A DNA stretch of 64,000 nt from Bacteroidota bacterium (GTDB lineage: Bacteria; Bacteroidota; Bacteroidia; Bacteroidales; DTGW01), in NCBI GenBank assembly GCA_029550865.1, contig JAKPGM010000075.1, positions 952-64,951 of the forward strand, read 5' to 3'. Made by a program: the position numbers and the translations under genes. This document shows, piece by piece, positions 38,810 to 48,134 of this stretch; position 1 is the first letter of the stretch, and every line of letters begins with the position of its first letter. Below the pieces are notes generated by a model. It was given only the letters and a program-made list of their open reading frames with translations. It did not search any database and was not told the origin of the DNA.

Positions 38810-39319
38810 ATGATACCTATAACGCCGCAGACCAAGGTGGGTGAATTGTTGGAGGCCTATCCACAGCTCGAAGCAAAGTTGCTGGAACTATCACCCAAAT
38901 TTGGGCATTTGAAAAACCCTGTGCTGCGTCGTACGGTAGCTTGAATTGCCACCCTGCAGCAGGCGGCACAGATAGCAGGCATCTCGGTAGAGCTGCTGGT
39001 GAATACGTTAAGAAAATCGGCTGGTCAGGAAGAAATGGGAGGAATCTTGGAACAACATGATCAATCTGTTGTTCCCTCATGGTTTGGGGTTGCCGAAATT
39101 CATACTGAATTTGATATCACTTCTCTTATAGAGGCAGGCGAGCATCCTTTGGGTCTGGTACTCAGGATGCTCGACCAACTGCCCCAAGGGAAGGTACTTT
39201 TAATTATTGCACCATTTTTTCCAGCCCCTCTGGCAGATATAGCCAAAGAAAGAGGAATAGCCGTATATTCCTGCCCAGGTGAGGGTAGCCGGGTGAATAC
39301 TTATTTTTATAAGGGGTGA
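38810..39319 (+). pseudogene. DUF1858-DUF2249 fusion gene interrupted by one in-frame TGA (38942-38944)
   Basis: ATG 38810 gives MIPITPQTKVGELLEAYPQLEAKLLELSPKFGHLKNPVLRRTVA-TGA-IATLQQAAQIAGISVELLVNTLRKSAGQ..., in the same frame as ORF 38999..39319. The conserved DUF1858-like domain spans the stop. The C-terminus (HPLGLVLRMLDQLPQGKVLLIIAPFFPAPL) is DUF2249-like. Confidence 0.65.
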
Positions 39320-39329
39320 ACGTGCTTTT

Positions 39330-41015
39330 TCATATATTCTGCACCCCATAGGGTACCTGTACCAGTTTGGTTCGGACGATAAAATCGCCCAGACGCTCAT
39401 GCTCGAGACGTTGGGTGGCATATTGTTGTAAAATATCGCGAAGTATGTTTAAAATGGTATCCTCGTCGGCCATTTCACGATAGAGTACATTGAGCCGTGA
39501 GCCCTGTGCATTTGCACCAAGGTATAGGTTGTATTTTCCTATGGTACGACCAACCAGGCCTATTTCACCCAGATAAGGTCGTGCACAGCCATTGGGACAT
39601 CCTGTCATACGAATGTTAATGGGCTCGTTTTCGAGATGGAGTTCGAAAAGTATCTGGTCGATTTTGTCGATGAGCGAAGGAAGGTAGCGTTCGGCTTCGG
39701 CAAAAGCCAGAGGGCATTGATTGAGAGCGGTACATGCCAGTGAATGCTGACGAAGTCCTGTAAGCGGCTTGCGGGAAAGGATACCCTGGAGAATGGCATC
39801 TATTTCTTTTCGAGCATTTTCGTTTACATTAGCAATGATAATATTCTGATTACCAGTAATGATGAAGGTGGGTTGAAATTTCTCTGCAATAAGTTTTAGG
39901 CTTGATTTTAATGGATAGTTTTCCGCATCTTTAATTCTACCAGTTTCGACAAAAAGACAGTAGTGCCATAGGTTGTCATCGCCTTGGGTCCAGCCAAAGC
40001 GGTCGTTATTGGAAATAAATTCAAAGGGGCGTGCTGGCTCCAGTTCAATACCCGAACGTTCGGTAAGCTCTTTTTTGAATGCATCGAGCCCCATGGTTTC
40101 GATAGTGTATTTCAACCGGGCAAATTTACGGTCGCTGCGATTCCCTTTGTCGCGCTGGATTTTGAGAATTTCCTCAACGATTTTCAGCATTTTGTCTTTA
40201 GGCACGAATCCCAGTATGTCACCCAGTCGTGGGTGAGTGGCGGGATCTTCAAAGCTCATACCCATGCCACCACCTGCTAAAACGTTATAGCCGACCAAAC
40301 GATTATTTTCGGCAATGGCAATAAGTCCAATGTCGTTTGAGAAAACGTCGGTATCGTTGTAAGGGGGCACAGCAATGGCAATTTTAAATTTTCGTGGCAG
40401 GTAGGTGGGACCGTAGATAGGTTCTTCGTCCGAACCATTACCAGCAACTTTTTCTTTATCGAGCCAGATTTCGTAATAAGCGCTGGTTTTAGGCAACAGA
40501 TGGTTGCTGATGCGAACGGCATCCAGGAAAGTTTCGAAATGTAACCGCGAAAGGTAGGGATTGGGACTACTCATCACATTTCGATTAACGTCACCGCAGG
40601 TAGCCAGGGTGGTAATCATAATCTGATTAATCTCCTGGATGGTTTTTTTTAGGTTCCTTTTGAGGATACCGTGCAGTTGAAAAGTCTGACGGGTGGTAAG
40701 TTTCATGGTACCATTTCCGTATTTGTCGGCTAGTTCATTAATGGTGAGCCATTGACTACTTGAGATGATGCCAGCGGTAAGACGGGCACGAATCATAAAG
40801 TTATACAACGGCTCAAGCTTCTGTTTTTTGCGTTCGCTCGATAGGTCGCGGTCGGTTTGCTGGTAGCTACCGTGAAATTTGAGAATGTTTGTATCGTCGG
40901 GGGCCAGTGCGCCCGTTATTTCTTCATTGAGACTTTCTACAAGCGTTCCACGCAGATAATTGCTGGCTGCTTTGATTTTTTCAACTTCACTTAATTGGTT
41001 GTTATTGTTTGCCAT
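39330..41015 (-). CDS. cysI: assimilatory sulfite reductase (NADPH) hemoprotein beta-component
   Basis: Siroheme/4Fe-4S cysteine clusters ACTALNQCPLAFAEAERY and TGCPNGCARP. Confidence 0.92.
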   Translation of the reverse strand: MANNNNQLSEVEKIKAASNYLRGTLVESLNEEITGALAPDDTNILKFHGSYQQTDRDLSSERKKQKLEPLYNFMIRARLTAGIISSSQWLTINELADKYGNGTMKLTTRQTFQLHGILKRNLKKTIQEINQIMITTLATCGDVNRNVMSSPNPYLSRLHFETFLDAVRISNHLLPKTSAYYEIWLDKEKVAGNGSDEEPIYGPTYLPRKFKIAIAVPPYNDTDVFSNDIGLIAIAENNRLVGYNVLAGGGMGMSFEDPATHPRLGDILGFVPKDKMLKIVEEILKIQRDKGNRSDRKFARLKYTIETMGLDAFKKELTERSGIELEPARPFEFISNNDRFGWTQGDDNLWHYCLFVETGRIKDAENYPLKSSLKLIAEKFQPTFIITGNQNIIIANVNENARKEIDAILQGILSRKPLTGLRQHSLACTALNQCPLAFAEAERYLPSLIDKIDQILFELHLENEPINIRMTGCPNGCARPYLGEIGLVGRTIGKYNLYLGANAQGSRLNVLYREMADEDTILNILRDILQQYATQRLEHERLGDFIVRTKLVQVPYGVQNI

Positions 41016-41039
41016 GGTTGAAACGTTTTTAAGGTTTTT

Positions 41040-42911
41040 TTAATAGAGATCTTCGTGATAACGATGCTGGCGTTTTATATTTTTTAGATATTCTTTTGCC
41101 TGGTCGTTGCTGATATTTTTGGCTTCCTGAATGATATTCAGCAGGGTGTCCTGTACATCTTTTCCCATTTTTTTACCACCGCACAGGTAAATGTGGGCAC
41201 CATCGTCGATCCACTCGAACACCTCTCTGGCTTTTTGACGTAGGCGATGTTGTACGTATATTTTTTCTGATTGGTCGCGCGACCAGGCCAGGTCGATACG
41301 AGTAAGCAGTTTCTTTTTATACCACTGTTGCCAGTCGGTTTGATACAGGAAGTCGGTAGTAAAGTGGGGATTCCCAAAGAAGAGCCAGGTTTTGTTGTGC
41401 CGCCCATTGGCTTCGATATCCTGCATGAATGCCCGATAGGGTGCTATGCCGGTACCCTGCCCAATCATAATGATGGGCGCTTCATCGGAAGGGAGTCGGA
41501 AACTTTCGTTTTCATGCACGAAAGCTGTAATTACATCACCACCTTTAAGGTCGTTGGCTACAAAGCCTGAGCACATGCCTGTTTTGGGGCGTCCATTGAA
41601 CTGGTATTGCAGTTTTCCAATGGTCAAATGCACTTCACCTTCCTGATATAGCGGACTGGAAGCAATGCTGTACAGGCGTGGTTGAATAGGATACAGCATG
41701 TCGACCAGTTGCTGAGCTTTAAGTTTTACCTTAAATTCTTGCAAAACATCTAAAACATCTCGACCATATATGAATTCACTCAACTTTGCATTATCGTTAA
41801 TGATGGTATTGAGTTCCTCTTTACGGGCGACCTCAGCCAGTTTTCCAAGAAACTCGCGGTTAAGCAGGGTCAGCTCTGTTTTTTGTTCCAGACATTCGCG
41901 AACGGATAATTGAACATTTTGATAAATGATCATTTCTTTGCTATCGATTTTTAGATAACTGAGAATGTCGTCTACCAGTGAAGAAGCATTTCGAAAGTAG
42001 ATTCCCAGCGAGTCACCAGGCTGATAGATGATTTGTTGTTTTTCGTCGATGAGTTCTACGTGGAGGGTATCTTTTGTCGAACCTCGACCATTTAGGTGGA
42101 TAATGTCGCTGACAACGAGTGTGCCGGGTTGTTCACGGGTGAAAATATCGATATTTCGTACCTCTGCTGCAGTTGATTTGCTTGAGGTTGCATACGTAGT
42201 AGCCGACGATACCTGGGGACGATTATTTTTTTCAATTAGCGTCGATATCAGTTCGTTGATCCATTTTTCGGCAGTAGGTTTGAAGTTTACATCGCAATCG
42301 GCACGAGAGATAATTCTTTTGGCCCCCAGGGCATGCAAGCGATTATCGATGTCTTTACCTGTTTTGCAGAAATTGACATAACTTTTATCGCCCAGTGCCA
42401 GCACAGCATATTGTAAATGGTCGAGTTTACCGACTTTGTTGCTATGGATATACGCATAAAACTCTTCGGCCGATAAAGGAGGATCACCTTCCCCCTGCGT
42501 GCTGCAGATGATAATAAGATTTTTTTCTTTTTTAATCTGATGAGGTGGGAAATCGGCAATATCCAGAACATTCACAGCGATATTATTTTCATTTGCTTTA
42601 GCTTCGAGCATTTTGGCTACCTTACGGCTGTTACCGGATTGTGTGGCGAATAGTACGGTATACGTTTCGGTGGTTGTAACAGTAAGCATTTCTTCGACCA
42701 GCACAGTGGCTCCAGCTGGGGAGGTAGTAGGGGGGGAGACGGTAGTTGTACCTGTTTGTGCAATCTGTTGGGTACGCGTACCAATAATACCACTCAGTAA
42801 GCCATGCAGCCAGTACAATTCTTCAATGCTGGCTTTCTTAATTACCTCTTCAATAAACTCGTTATTGCCCATAATTTTTAGGGCAGGTTTGTTATTAGTT
42901 GTGTTTTCCAT
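41040..42911 (-). CDS. cysJ: assimilatory sulfite reductase (NADPH) flavoprotein alpha-component
   Basis: Flavodoxin motif VLFATQSGNSRKVA, FAD motif RLYSIASS, and NADPH domain GTGIAPYRAF. The start could alternatively be the internal Met 14. Confidence 0.9.
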   Translation of the reverse strand: MENTTNNKPALKIMGNNEFIEEVIKKASIEELYWLHGLLSGIIGTRTQQIAQTGTTTVSPPTTSPAGATVLVEEMLTVTTTETYTVLFATQSGNSRKVAKMLEAKANENNIAVNVLDIADFPPHQIKKEKNLIIICSTQGEGDPPLSAEEFYAYIHSNKVGKLDHLQYAVLALGDKSYVNFCKTGKDIDNRLHALGAKRIISRADCDVNFKPTAEKWINELISTLIEKNNRPQVSSATTYATSSKSTAAEVRNIDIFTREQPGTLVVSDIIHLNGRGSTKDTLHVELIDEKQQIIYQPGDSLGIYFRNASSLVDDILSYLKIDSKEMIIYQNVQLSVRECLEQKTELTLLNREFLGKLAEVARKEELNTIINDNAKLSEFIYGRDVLDVLQEFKVKLKAQQLVDMLYPIQPRLYSIASSPLYQEGEVHLTIGKLQYQFNGRPKTGMCSGFVANDLKGGDVITAFVHENESFRLPSDEAPIIMIGQGTGIAPYRAFMQDIEANGRHNKTWLFFGNPHFTTDFLYQTDWQQWYKKKLLTRIDLAWSRDQSEKIYVQHRLRQKAREVFEWIDDGAHIYLCGGKKMGKDVQDTLLNIIQEAKNISNDQAKEYLKNIKRQHRYHEDLY

Positions 42912-44202
42912 GGGAATATACTTTTTTTATCGTGTATTCAATTTTATTCAAAGTGTCATCTAATATTTTCTGGTTATGCGCCAGACTAATGAAGTTGGCT
43001 TCGAATTTTGAGGGAGCAAGATATACATTGAGATCTCGCAGTTGATGGTGAAAATCTGCAAAGAGATTGTCGGAAATTTGCGCTACCGACAGGAAATTTT
43101 CCACTTTTTCGGGAGTCAGAAAAATACTAAACATAGTACCCGAGCTATGAAAGCGGAATTGGTACTTGTCGGCCAGCAATGACATGTTTTTTGAAAAATA
43201 TGCTGCATTATCATGAATTTTTTTAAGAATTCGTGGTTGTGCAAGCAGGGAAAGGGTAGCAAAGCCAGCATTGATAGCAATAGGATTGCCCGATAGGGTA
43301 CCGGCTTGATATACGGGTCCTACGGGTGCTAACAAATCCATAATTTCTTTTCTTCCTCCCACCGCGCCAATAGGGAAGCCCCCTCCAATGATTTTGCCAA
43401 GCGTGGTAAGATCGGTTTTAAAGGCATATTCCTGTTGAGCAGTCACCAGACGGTGTCGGAAACCCGTAATTACCTCATCGGCGATGATAAGGCATTTATA
43501 TTGTTCAGACAATTGCTGAATACGTTCAAGGAAATTGCTCTGGGGTATGATAACGCCCATATTTCCTGGTACAATTTCGAGAATGATAGCTGCTACATTT
43601 TGTCCTTGTTGTTCGAAGAAATGGGTAATCTGGTCGACATCATTAAAGGGTAGGCTAATGGTGTGTCGGACGGTATCGTCGGGTATTCCTTTGCTCGAAG
43701 CCTGTGGTAGAGAGCCTACGCCCGACCCGGCATTCACCAGCAATGCGTCGGAATGTCCATGATAGCAACCATCAAATTTTACGATAATATTTTTACCTGT
43801 ATAGGCCCGGGCTAGTCGTATAGCTGTCATTACAGCTTCGGTACCGGAATTGACCAGCCGAACTTTTTCGATAGAAGGTATACGATTGCAAATAAGGCGA
43901 GCCAGTTCAGTTTCCTCCTGTGTGGGGGCACCAAAGCTGGTTCCTTTTTTTAAGGCATGCTTAACACGCTTAATTACTTTCGGATTTCTATGTCCCAGAA
44001 TAAAAACACCCCACGACAGACAATAATCGGTATATTTATTTCCATCGATATCCCATAGGAATGCATCGTTTGCTTTTTGAACGAAAAATGGGGAGGCGCC
44101 TAATTGCTTCCATGCTCGGATTGGACTGTTGACACCGCCAGGTATATATCGGTTGGCTTCTGCAAAGGCCTTTTGGGATAGTATGTTATTGAACACCTTC
44201 AT
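42895..44202 (-). CDS. hemL: glutamate-1-semialdehyde 2,1-aminomutase
   Basis: IPGGVNSPIRAW N-terminus, class III aminotransferase pattern, and the PLP-lysine context LGKIIGGG. Confidence 0.92.
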   Translation of the reverse strand: MKVFNNILSQKAFAEANRYIPGGVNSPIRAWKQLGASPFFVQKANDAFLWDIDGNKYTDYCLSWGVFILGHRNPKVIKRVKHALKKGTSFGAPTQEETELARLICNRIPSIEKVRLVNSGTEAVMTAIRLARAYTGKNIIVKFDGCYHGHSDALLVNAGSGVGSLPQASSKGIPDDTVRHTISLPFNDVDQITHFFEQQGQNVAAIILEIVPGNMGVIIPQSNFLERIQQLSEQYKCLIIADEVITGFRHRLVTAQQEYAFKTDLTTLGKIIGGGFPIGAVGGRKEIMDLLAPVGPVYQAGTLSGNPIAINAGFATLSLLAQPRILKKIHDNAAYFSKNMSLLADKYQFRFHSSGTMFSIFLTPEKVENFLSVAQISDNLFADFHHQLRDLNVYLAPSKFEANFISLAHNQKILDDTLNKIEYTIKKVYSHGKHN

Positions 44203-45178
44203 ATTTTAATAGTTGTTTGGCTAATATGGTTGAGGCATAAGAAATTATAAAATCGGCTCCTGCTCGTTTTATAGCATAGTGGGTTTCCCACAGTACCGAT
44301 AAAGCATCGGCTATTCCTTTCTCGGCAAGTAGATGGAGCATCATGTATTCGCCAGAAACATGGTATCCTACCAGGGGTATTTGGGGAAACAACTGGCGTG
44401 CACGAAGGATCATGTCAAGGTAGGTATGAGCAGGTTTGATCATAATCCAGTCGGCCCCTTCGGCAATATCGGACTCGATTTCCGATATTCCCTGTCGGAT
44501 AGTACGATAGTCGAGTTGATAGCTTTTACGGTCGCCGAAGGCAGGGGTAGAAAGGGCAGCAGTACGGAAGGGTCCGTAGAAGGCTGAAGCATATTTGGCT
44601 GCATAGGCTAAAATACGAGTTTTGTCGTACCCATTCGAATGCAATGCTTTGTGAATGGCCCATACCTGACCATCCATCATGGCCGAAGGTGCCACAAAAT
44701 CGGCGCCTGCTGCTGCATGGCAAACAGCTACCTGCCCCAGCACTTCAATGGTTTTGTCGTTATTGATGGATTCGTTCTCAATAATACCACAATGCCCATG
44801 CGAAGTGTATGAGCAGAGACAAACATCCGTAAAGACCATTAACTCGGGAAAATGTTTTTTTAGCGTAACAATCGAACGCGAGACAATGTTCTGTTCATCG
44901 TAGGCATACTCGGCATATTCCGATTTTTTATGCTCGTCGGGAATGCCAAATAAAAGAATTTTATTGATTCCCTGCGAAATAGCTTTTTCTACCTCTCTCA
45001 GTAGGCTTTCGGGTGTGTGGTGGTAAACTTCAGCGAAATTTTCTACAGGTAATTTCTCGTGTATTCCTTCTCTAACAAATAATGGATAAATAAAGTTTTC
45101 GGCGGTAAGGTGCACTTCCGCATGGCGATTGCGCGATGCTTCATCTAATCGATATGGATGGTGACGCTTAAATTCCAT
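44186..45178 (-). CDS. hemB: porphobilinogen synthase (Zn-type)
   Basis: Cys-rich Zn site DVCLCSYTSHGHCG and the active-site Lys regions (MIKPA). Confidence 0.92.
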   Translation of the reverse strand: MEFKRHHPYRLDEASRNRHAEVHLTAENFIYPLFVREGIHEKLPVENFAEVYHHTPESLLREVEKAISQGINKILLFGIPDEHKKSEYAEYAYDEQNIVSRSIVTLKKHFPELMVFTDVCLCSYTSHGHCGIIENESINNDKTIEVLGQVAVCHAAAGADFVAPSAMMDGQVWAIHKALHSNGYDKTRILAYAAKYASAFYGPFRTAALSTPAFGDRKSYQLDYRTIRQGISEIESDIAEGADWIMIKPAHTYLDMILRARQLFPQIPLVGYHVSGEYMMLHLLAEKGIADALSVLWETHYAIKRAGADFIISYASTILAKQLLKYEGVQ

Positions 45179-45211
45179 ATTTTTTTATTTTACGGTTTGT
45201 TTAAATTCGCA

Positions 45212-47215
45212 TTAAATCACCCAGTCGTCGAAAGGAAGTAGCCCCTGTTCGTAGAGCGCGTTTTTGGTGACATCGCCTTTGGCTATTACCTGTATGTGAG
45301 CGGGTATGCTTTTATAAATCTTTTTAAAGTTCTTCACCCCCGATGGTGAACCAAATGCGATGATGTCGATTTCGGACAGATCGACAGGCTGGACATTTTC
45401 AGGAAGCACATTTTCGTAAACCACAAGCGTATCAACCTGATAGCCCATTTTTCTGAGCAGGTTGGGCATCGTGTTAGGTGAAAGATTTGAGTGTGGAATA
45501 AATACATTTTTGCCTACCAGCGAGTGATTCATAAAAAGGTCGATAATCCCCGACGACGACTCATCGGAAGCTATCCAGTCGGCGTGTAGGTGATATTTTT
45601 CGAGCACACTGGCTGTATTTTTGCCAATAGCGATAATTTGAGCTTTAGCAAAAATGCGTATGTCTTTTTTAACTTTGTTGAGAAGGGATAGGAAGTGCAC
45701 AACGCTCCATCGACTTGTAAATATCAACCAGTTATATTGATCAGCTTTATGAATTATCTGCAGAAGCTGTTCGTTGGGATCAACTTCTTTGATCTGGATG
45801 AGTGGTTTATGGATTACCTTGCCAAGATGTTCGTATGGTTTTGTAGATGAGCTGGTTACCAATATTTTGTTTTGTTTGCTTGGTGTGGCATTGTTTGTTG
45901 GATTAATATGTTCACCTACGATGATAAGTGCAGGAGAATTTACAGTGAGGCTTCCAGAAGCTAAATTTTGAAGTGTAGTGTTTATGGAACGTTCGTTTTC
46001 GCTTCCTGCCGATTCGACGATAATTACTGTGGTATCGGTTTTTTTCCCAGATTCGATTAATTTTTGTGCAATAATCGGAGCATTATGGGCGCCCATATAG
46101 TATACAATGGTATCGGTATTAGGGATGGGCAGATGGTTAGGGTCGTGTGCAGTGCAAAAGCTAACACTTCGAGCTAATTCACGGCGTGTAAGGGGGATTG
46201 CCTGTGTTGCAGCAGCAGCCAAAGCTGAAGTAATACCTGGTATAATTTCGACCTGGACAAACTTTGAAGCAAGGAAATCGTATTCTTCACCCCCACGTCC
46301 AAAAATCATAGGATCGCCGCCTTTGAGCCTAACAACCTGTTTACCGGCTATAGCAGCACGATATATCATTTCATTAATTTCATCCTGTTCGAATGCATGT
46401 TTATCGCGGCGTTTGCCAACATACACCAGTTCTGCTTCGACATTAAGTAAGAATGAGGCATCGAGCAGATCATCGTAAAAAATTATATCGGCTTCGTCAA
46501 TTGCCTGTAAAGCTCGTAGCGTAAGTAAATCGGGATTTCCAGGGCCAAAGCCAACCAGATATACCTTACCATAGTTTTTGCGGATATCGAGCGGATAGAA
46601 AAGGCTTTTCATCTGAGCATTACCGACTCGGGCAACGACCGCCAGATGCCCCTGTAAGGGATGTGTCTTGATAGGAAGCGTTTCTGCAATAAATTCTTCC
46701 AATTCGAGCCGTTTAAGCGCACATTCGGCAACAACCAGGGCGTCAATTTCGCCATTAAAGACCCTGGCAAGTCGCTGGTCGATTGTGCCCCGGATATCTA
46801 CAATTTCGAGGTCGGGGCGGAGTTGACGTATCTGTTCTTGACGACTGGGCGAACTGCAAGCAATTTTAGCACCTGGCTTAAGCTGCGATAATTTTTCCTT
46901 TCGTCGCGAGACCAATACATCGGCATTAGCCAGGCATTCTGTGAGTGCTACCAGTTCCAACCCCTGCGGAAGAGGATAGGGAACATCTTTTGCCGAATGT
47001 ATAGCAATATCGGCTTCATCATTCAGTATGGCTTCATCAAGTTCTTTGGTAAAAAAGTCGGGCATCGTATTTTCTGTCAATGGAATCTCTAAATGTTTAT
47101 CACCGTAGGAAGCTAAAGGAATTAACTTCCAATCAACACCCTTTATTTTTGCCATTACCTCTTGTGCCTGAGCGAGGGATAATCGGCTATTTCTTGCAAC
47201 TACCCTGATTTTCAT
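45212..47215 (-). CDS. triple fusion: HemC-like domains 1-2 (truncated) + uroporphyrinogen-III C-methyltransferase + uroporphyrinogen-III synthase
   Basis: aa 1-205 align with E. coli HemC residues about 5-215 (IRVVARNSRLSLAQA; DIAIHSAKDVP; DIRGTIDQRL). aa about 215-455 are SUMT (VYLVGFGPGNPDLLTLRALQAIDEADIIFYDDL). aa about 460-667 are HemD-like (WLIFTSRWSV; IIAFGSPSGV). Confidence 0.85.
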   Translation of the reverse strand: MKIRVVARNSRLSLAQAQEVMAKIKGVDWKLIPLASYGDKHLEIPLTENTMPDFFTKELDEAILNDEADIAIHSAKDVPYPLPQGLELVALTECLANADVLVSRRKEKLSQLKPGAKIACSSPSRQEQIRQLRPDLEIVDIRGTIDQRLARVFNGEIDALVVAECALKRLELEEFIAETLPIKTHPLQGHLAVVARVGNAQMKSLFYPLDIRKNYGKVYLVGFGPGNPDLLTLRALQAIDEADIIFYDDLLDASFLLNVEAELVYVGKRRDKHAFEQDEINEMIYRAAIAGKQVVRLKGGDPMIFGRGGEEYDFLASKFVQVEIIPGITSALAAAATQAIPLTRRELARSVSFCTAHDPNHLPIPNTDTIVYYMGAHNAPIIAQKLIESGKKTDTTVIIVESAGSENERSINTTLQNLASGSLTVNSPALIIVGEHINPTNNATPSKQNKILVTSSSTKPYEHLGKVIHKPLIQIKEVDPNEQLLQIIHKADQYNWLIFTSRWSVVHFLSLLNKVKKDIRIFAKAQIIAIGKNTASVLEKYHLHADWIASDESSSGIIDLFMNHSLVGKNVFIPHSNLSPNTMPNLLRKMGYQVDTLVVYENVLPENVQPVDLSEIDIIAFGSPSGVKNFKKIYKSIPAHIQVIAKGDVTKNALYEQGLLPFDDWVI

Positions 47216-47226
47216 ATCTTTGTGTT

Positions 47227-48123
47227 TTAAGTATTTGCCAGCAATTGGGTAACATTTGTGCGCGAAAGCTCAGCTTCCTGCCATTGTAAAAATTCCTCAA
47301 CTTGCCTTTCGATGATGTGCATGGCTTCCAGCGATTCTTTCTGGCGGAACGAAAAACTTCGGTTGATAAACTGTTCGATGGTATCGATACCATAATATTG
47401 CACATTGTATCTGCTGGCTACTGCCGGATCGATATTGGGGGGAACGCCAACATCGATAATTTTGTAGGCATTCTGACTAAAGTATGAAGAATCGATGAAG
47501 CTTTCGGGGGCTGCGGCAGCCGCTATCAATATATTGGAATGAGCAAGACCTTCAGTCAGCTGGTTCAGAGGTGCATAAGAGATATTGAGCTCTTTTCCAA
47601 GCATTTCGGCACGCGAAAGGCTGCGATTGAAAAGGGTTAGCTGACGATATCCCTTTTTTAAAAGAAATCGGCAGACATTACGCGTGATTTCGTTTACCCC
47701 TACAATACAAATTGGAGTATCAAGGCTCAGTTGTTCGTAGTATGCAACGATATGATATATTGCATTGGCATAGCTTACCGCGCCTTTGCCAATGTTTGTA
47801 TGACTTCGAACCAGCTTTCCGGTATGCAAAGCACTCTGGAAGAGTCGGTGCATGAACTTGTCAAGTTTTTTTTGCTGACTTGCCTGTAGGTAAGCTGTTT
47901 TTACCTGGTTTTGAATAGATCCATCGCCGGGTACGGGCGAGTCGAGTCCGGCAACAACCCTGTAAAGGTGTCGTACTGTTTCTCGGGCTACTTCGCCACT
48001 TCCCCGGTATATTTCGAGTCGCCAGCAAGTTTTAATGATTACCGTGTAATCCTCGGACTTAAACTTATCAACCCACGGGGAAGGGTCGATATGGCGAACA
48101 TTGTATTGAAGAAGTTGGATCAT
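47227..48123 (-). CDS. hemA: glutamyl-tRNA reductase, short form (298 aa)
   Basis: Catalytic Cys motif KTCWRLEIY (compare TCNRTEIY) and HLYRVVAGLDSPVPGDGSIQNQVK. Ends about 100+ aa before typical GluTRs. Confidence 0.8.
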   Translation of the reverse strand: MIQLLQYNVRHIDPSPWVDKFKSEDYTVIIKTCWRLEIYRGSGEVARETVRHLYRVVAGLDSPVPGDGSIQNQVKTAYLQASQQKKLDKFMHRLFQSALHTGKLVRSHTNIGKGAVSYANAIYHIVAYYEQLSLDTPICIVGVNEITRNVCRFLLKKGYRQLTLFNRSLSRAEMLGKELNISYAPLNQLTEGLAHSNILIAAAAAPESFIDSSYFSQNAYKIIDVGVPPNIDPAVASRYNVQYYGIDTIEQFINRSFSFRQKESLEAMHIIERQVEEFLQWQEAELSRTNVTQLLANT

Positions 48124-48134
48124 ACGATTGCCTT

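Noticed and set aside
38817-39080. An 87-aa minus-strand ORF in the DUF1858/DUF2249 region.
   Set aside because: The plus strand encodes recognisable DUF1858-like and DUF2249-like sequence across the same nucleotides. The minus-strand product is Pro/Leu-rich with no motifs.
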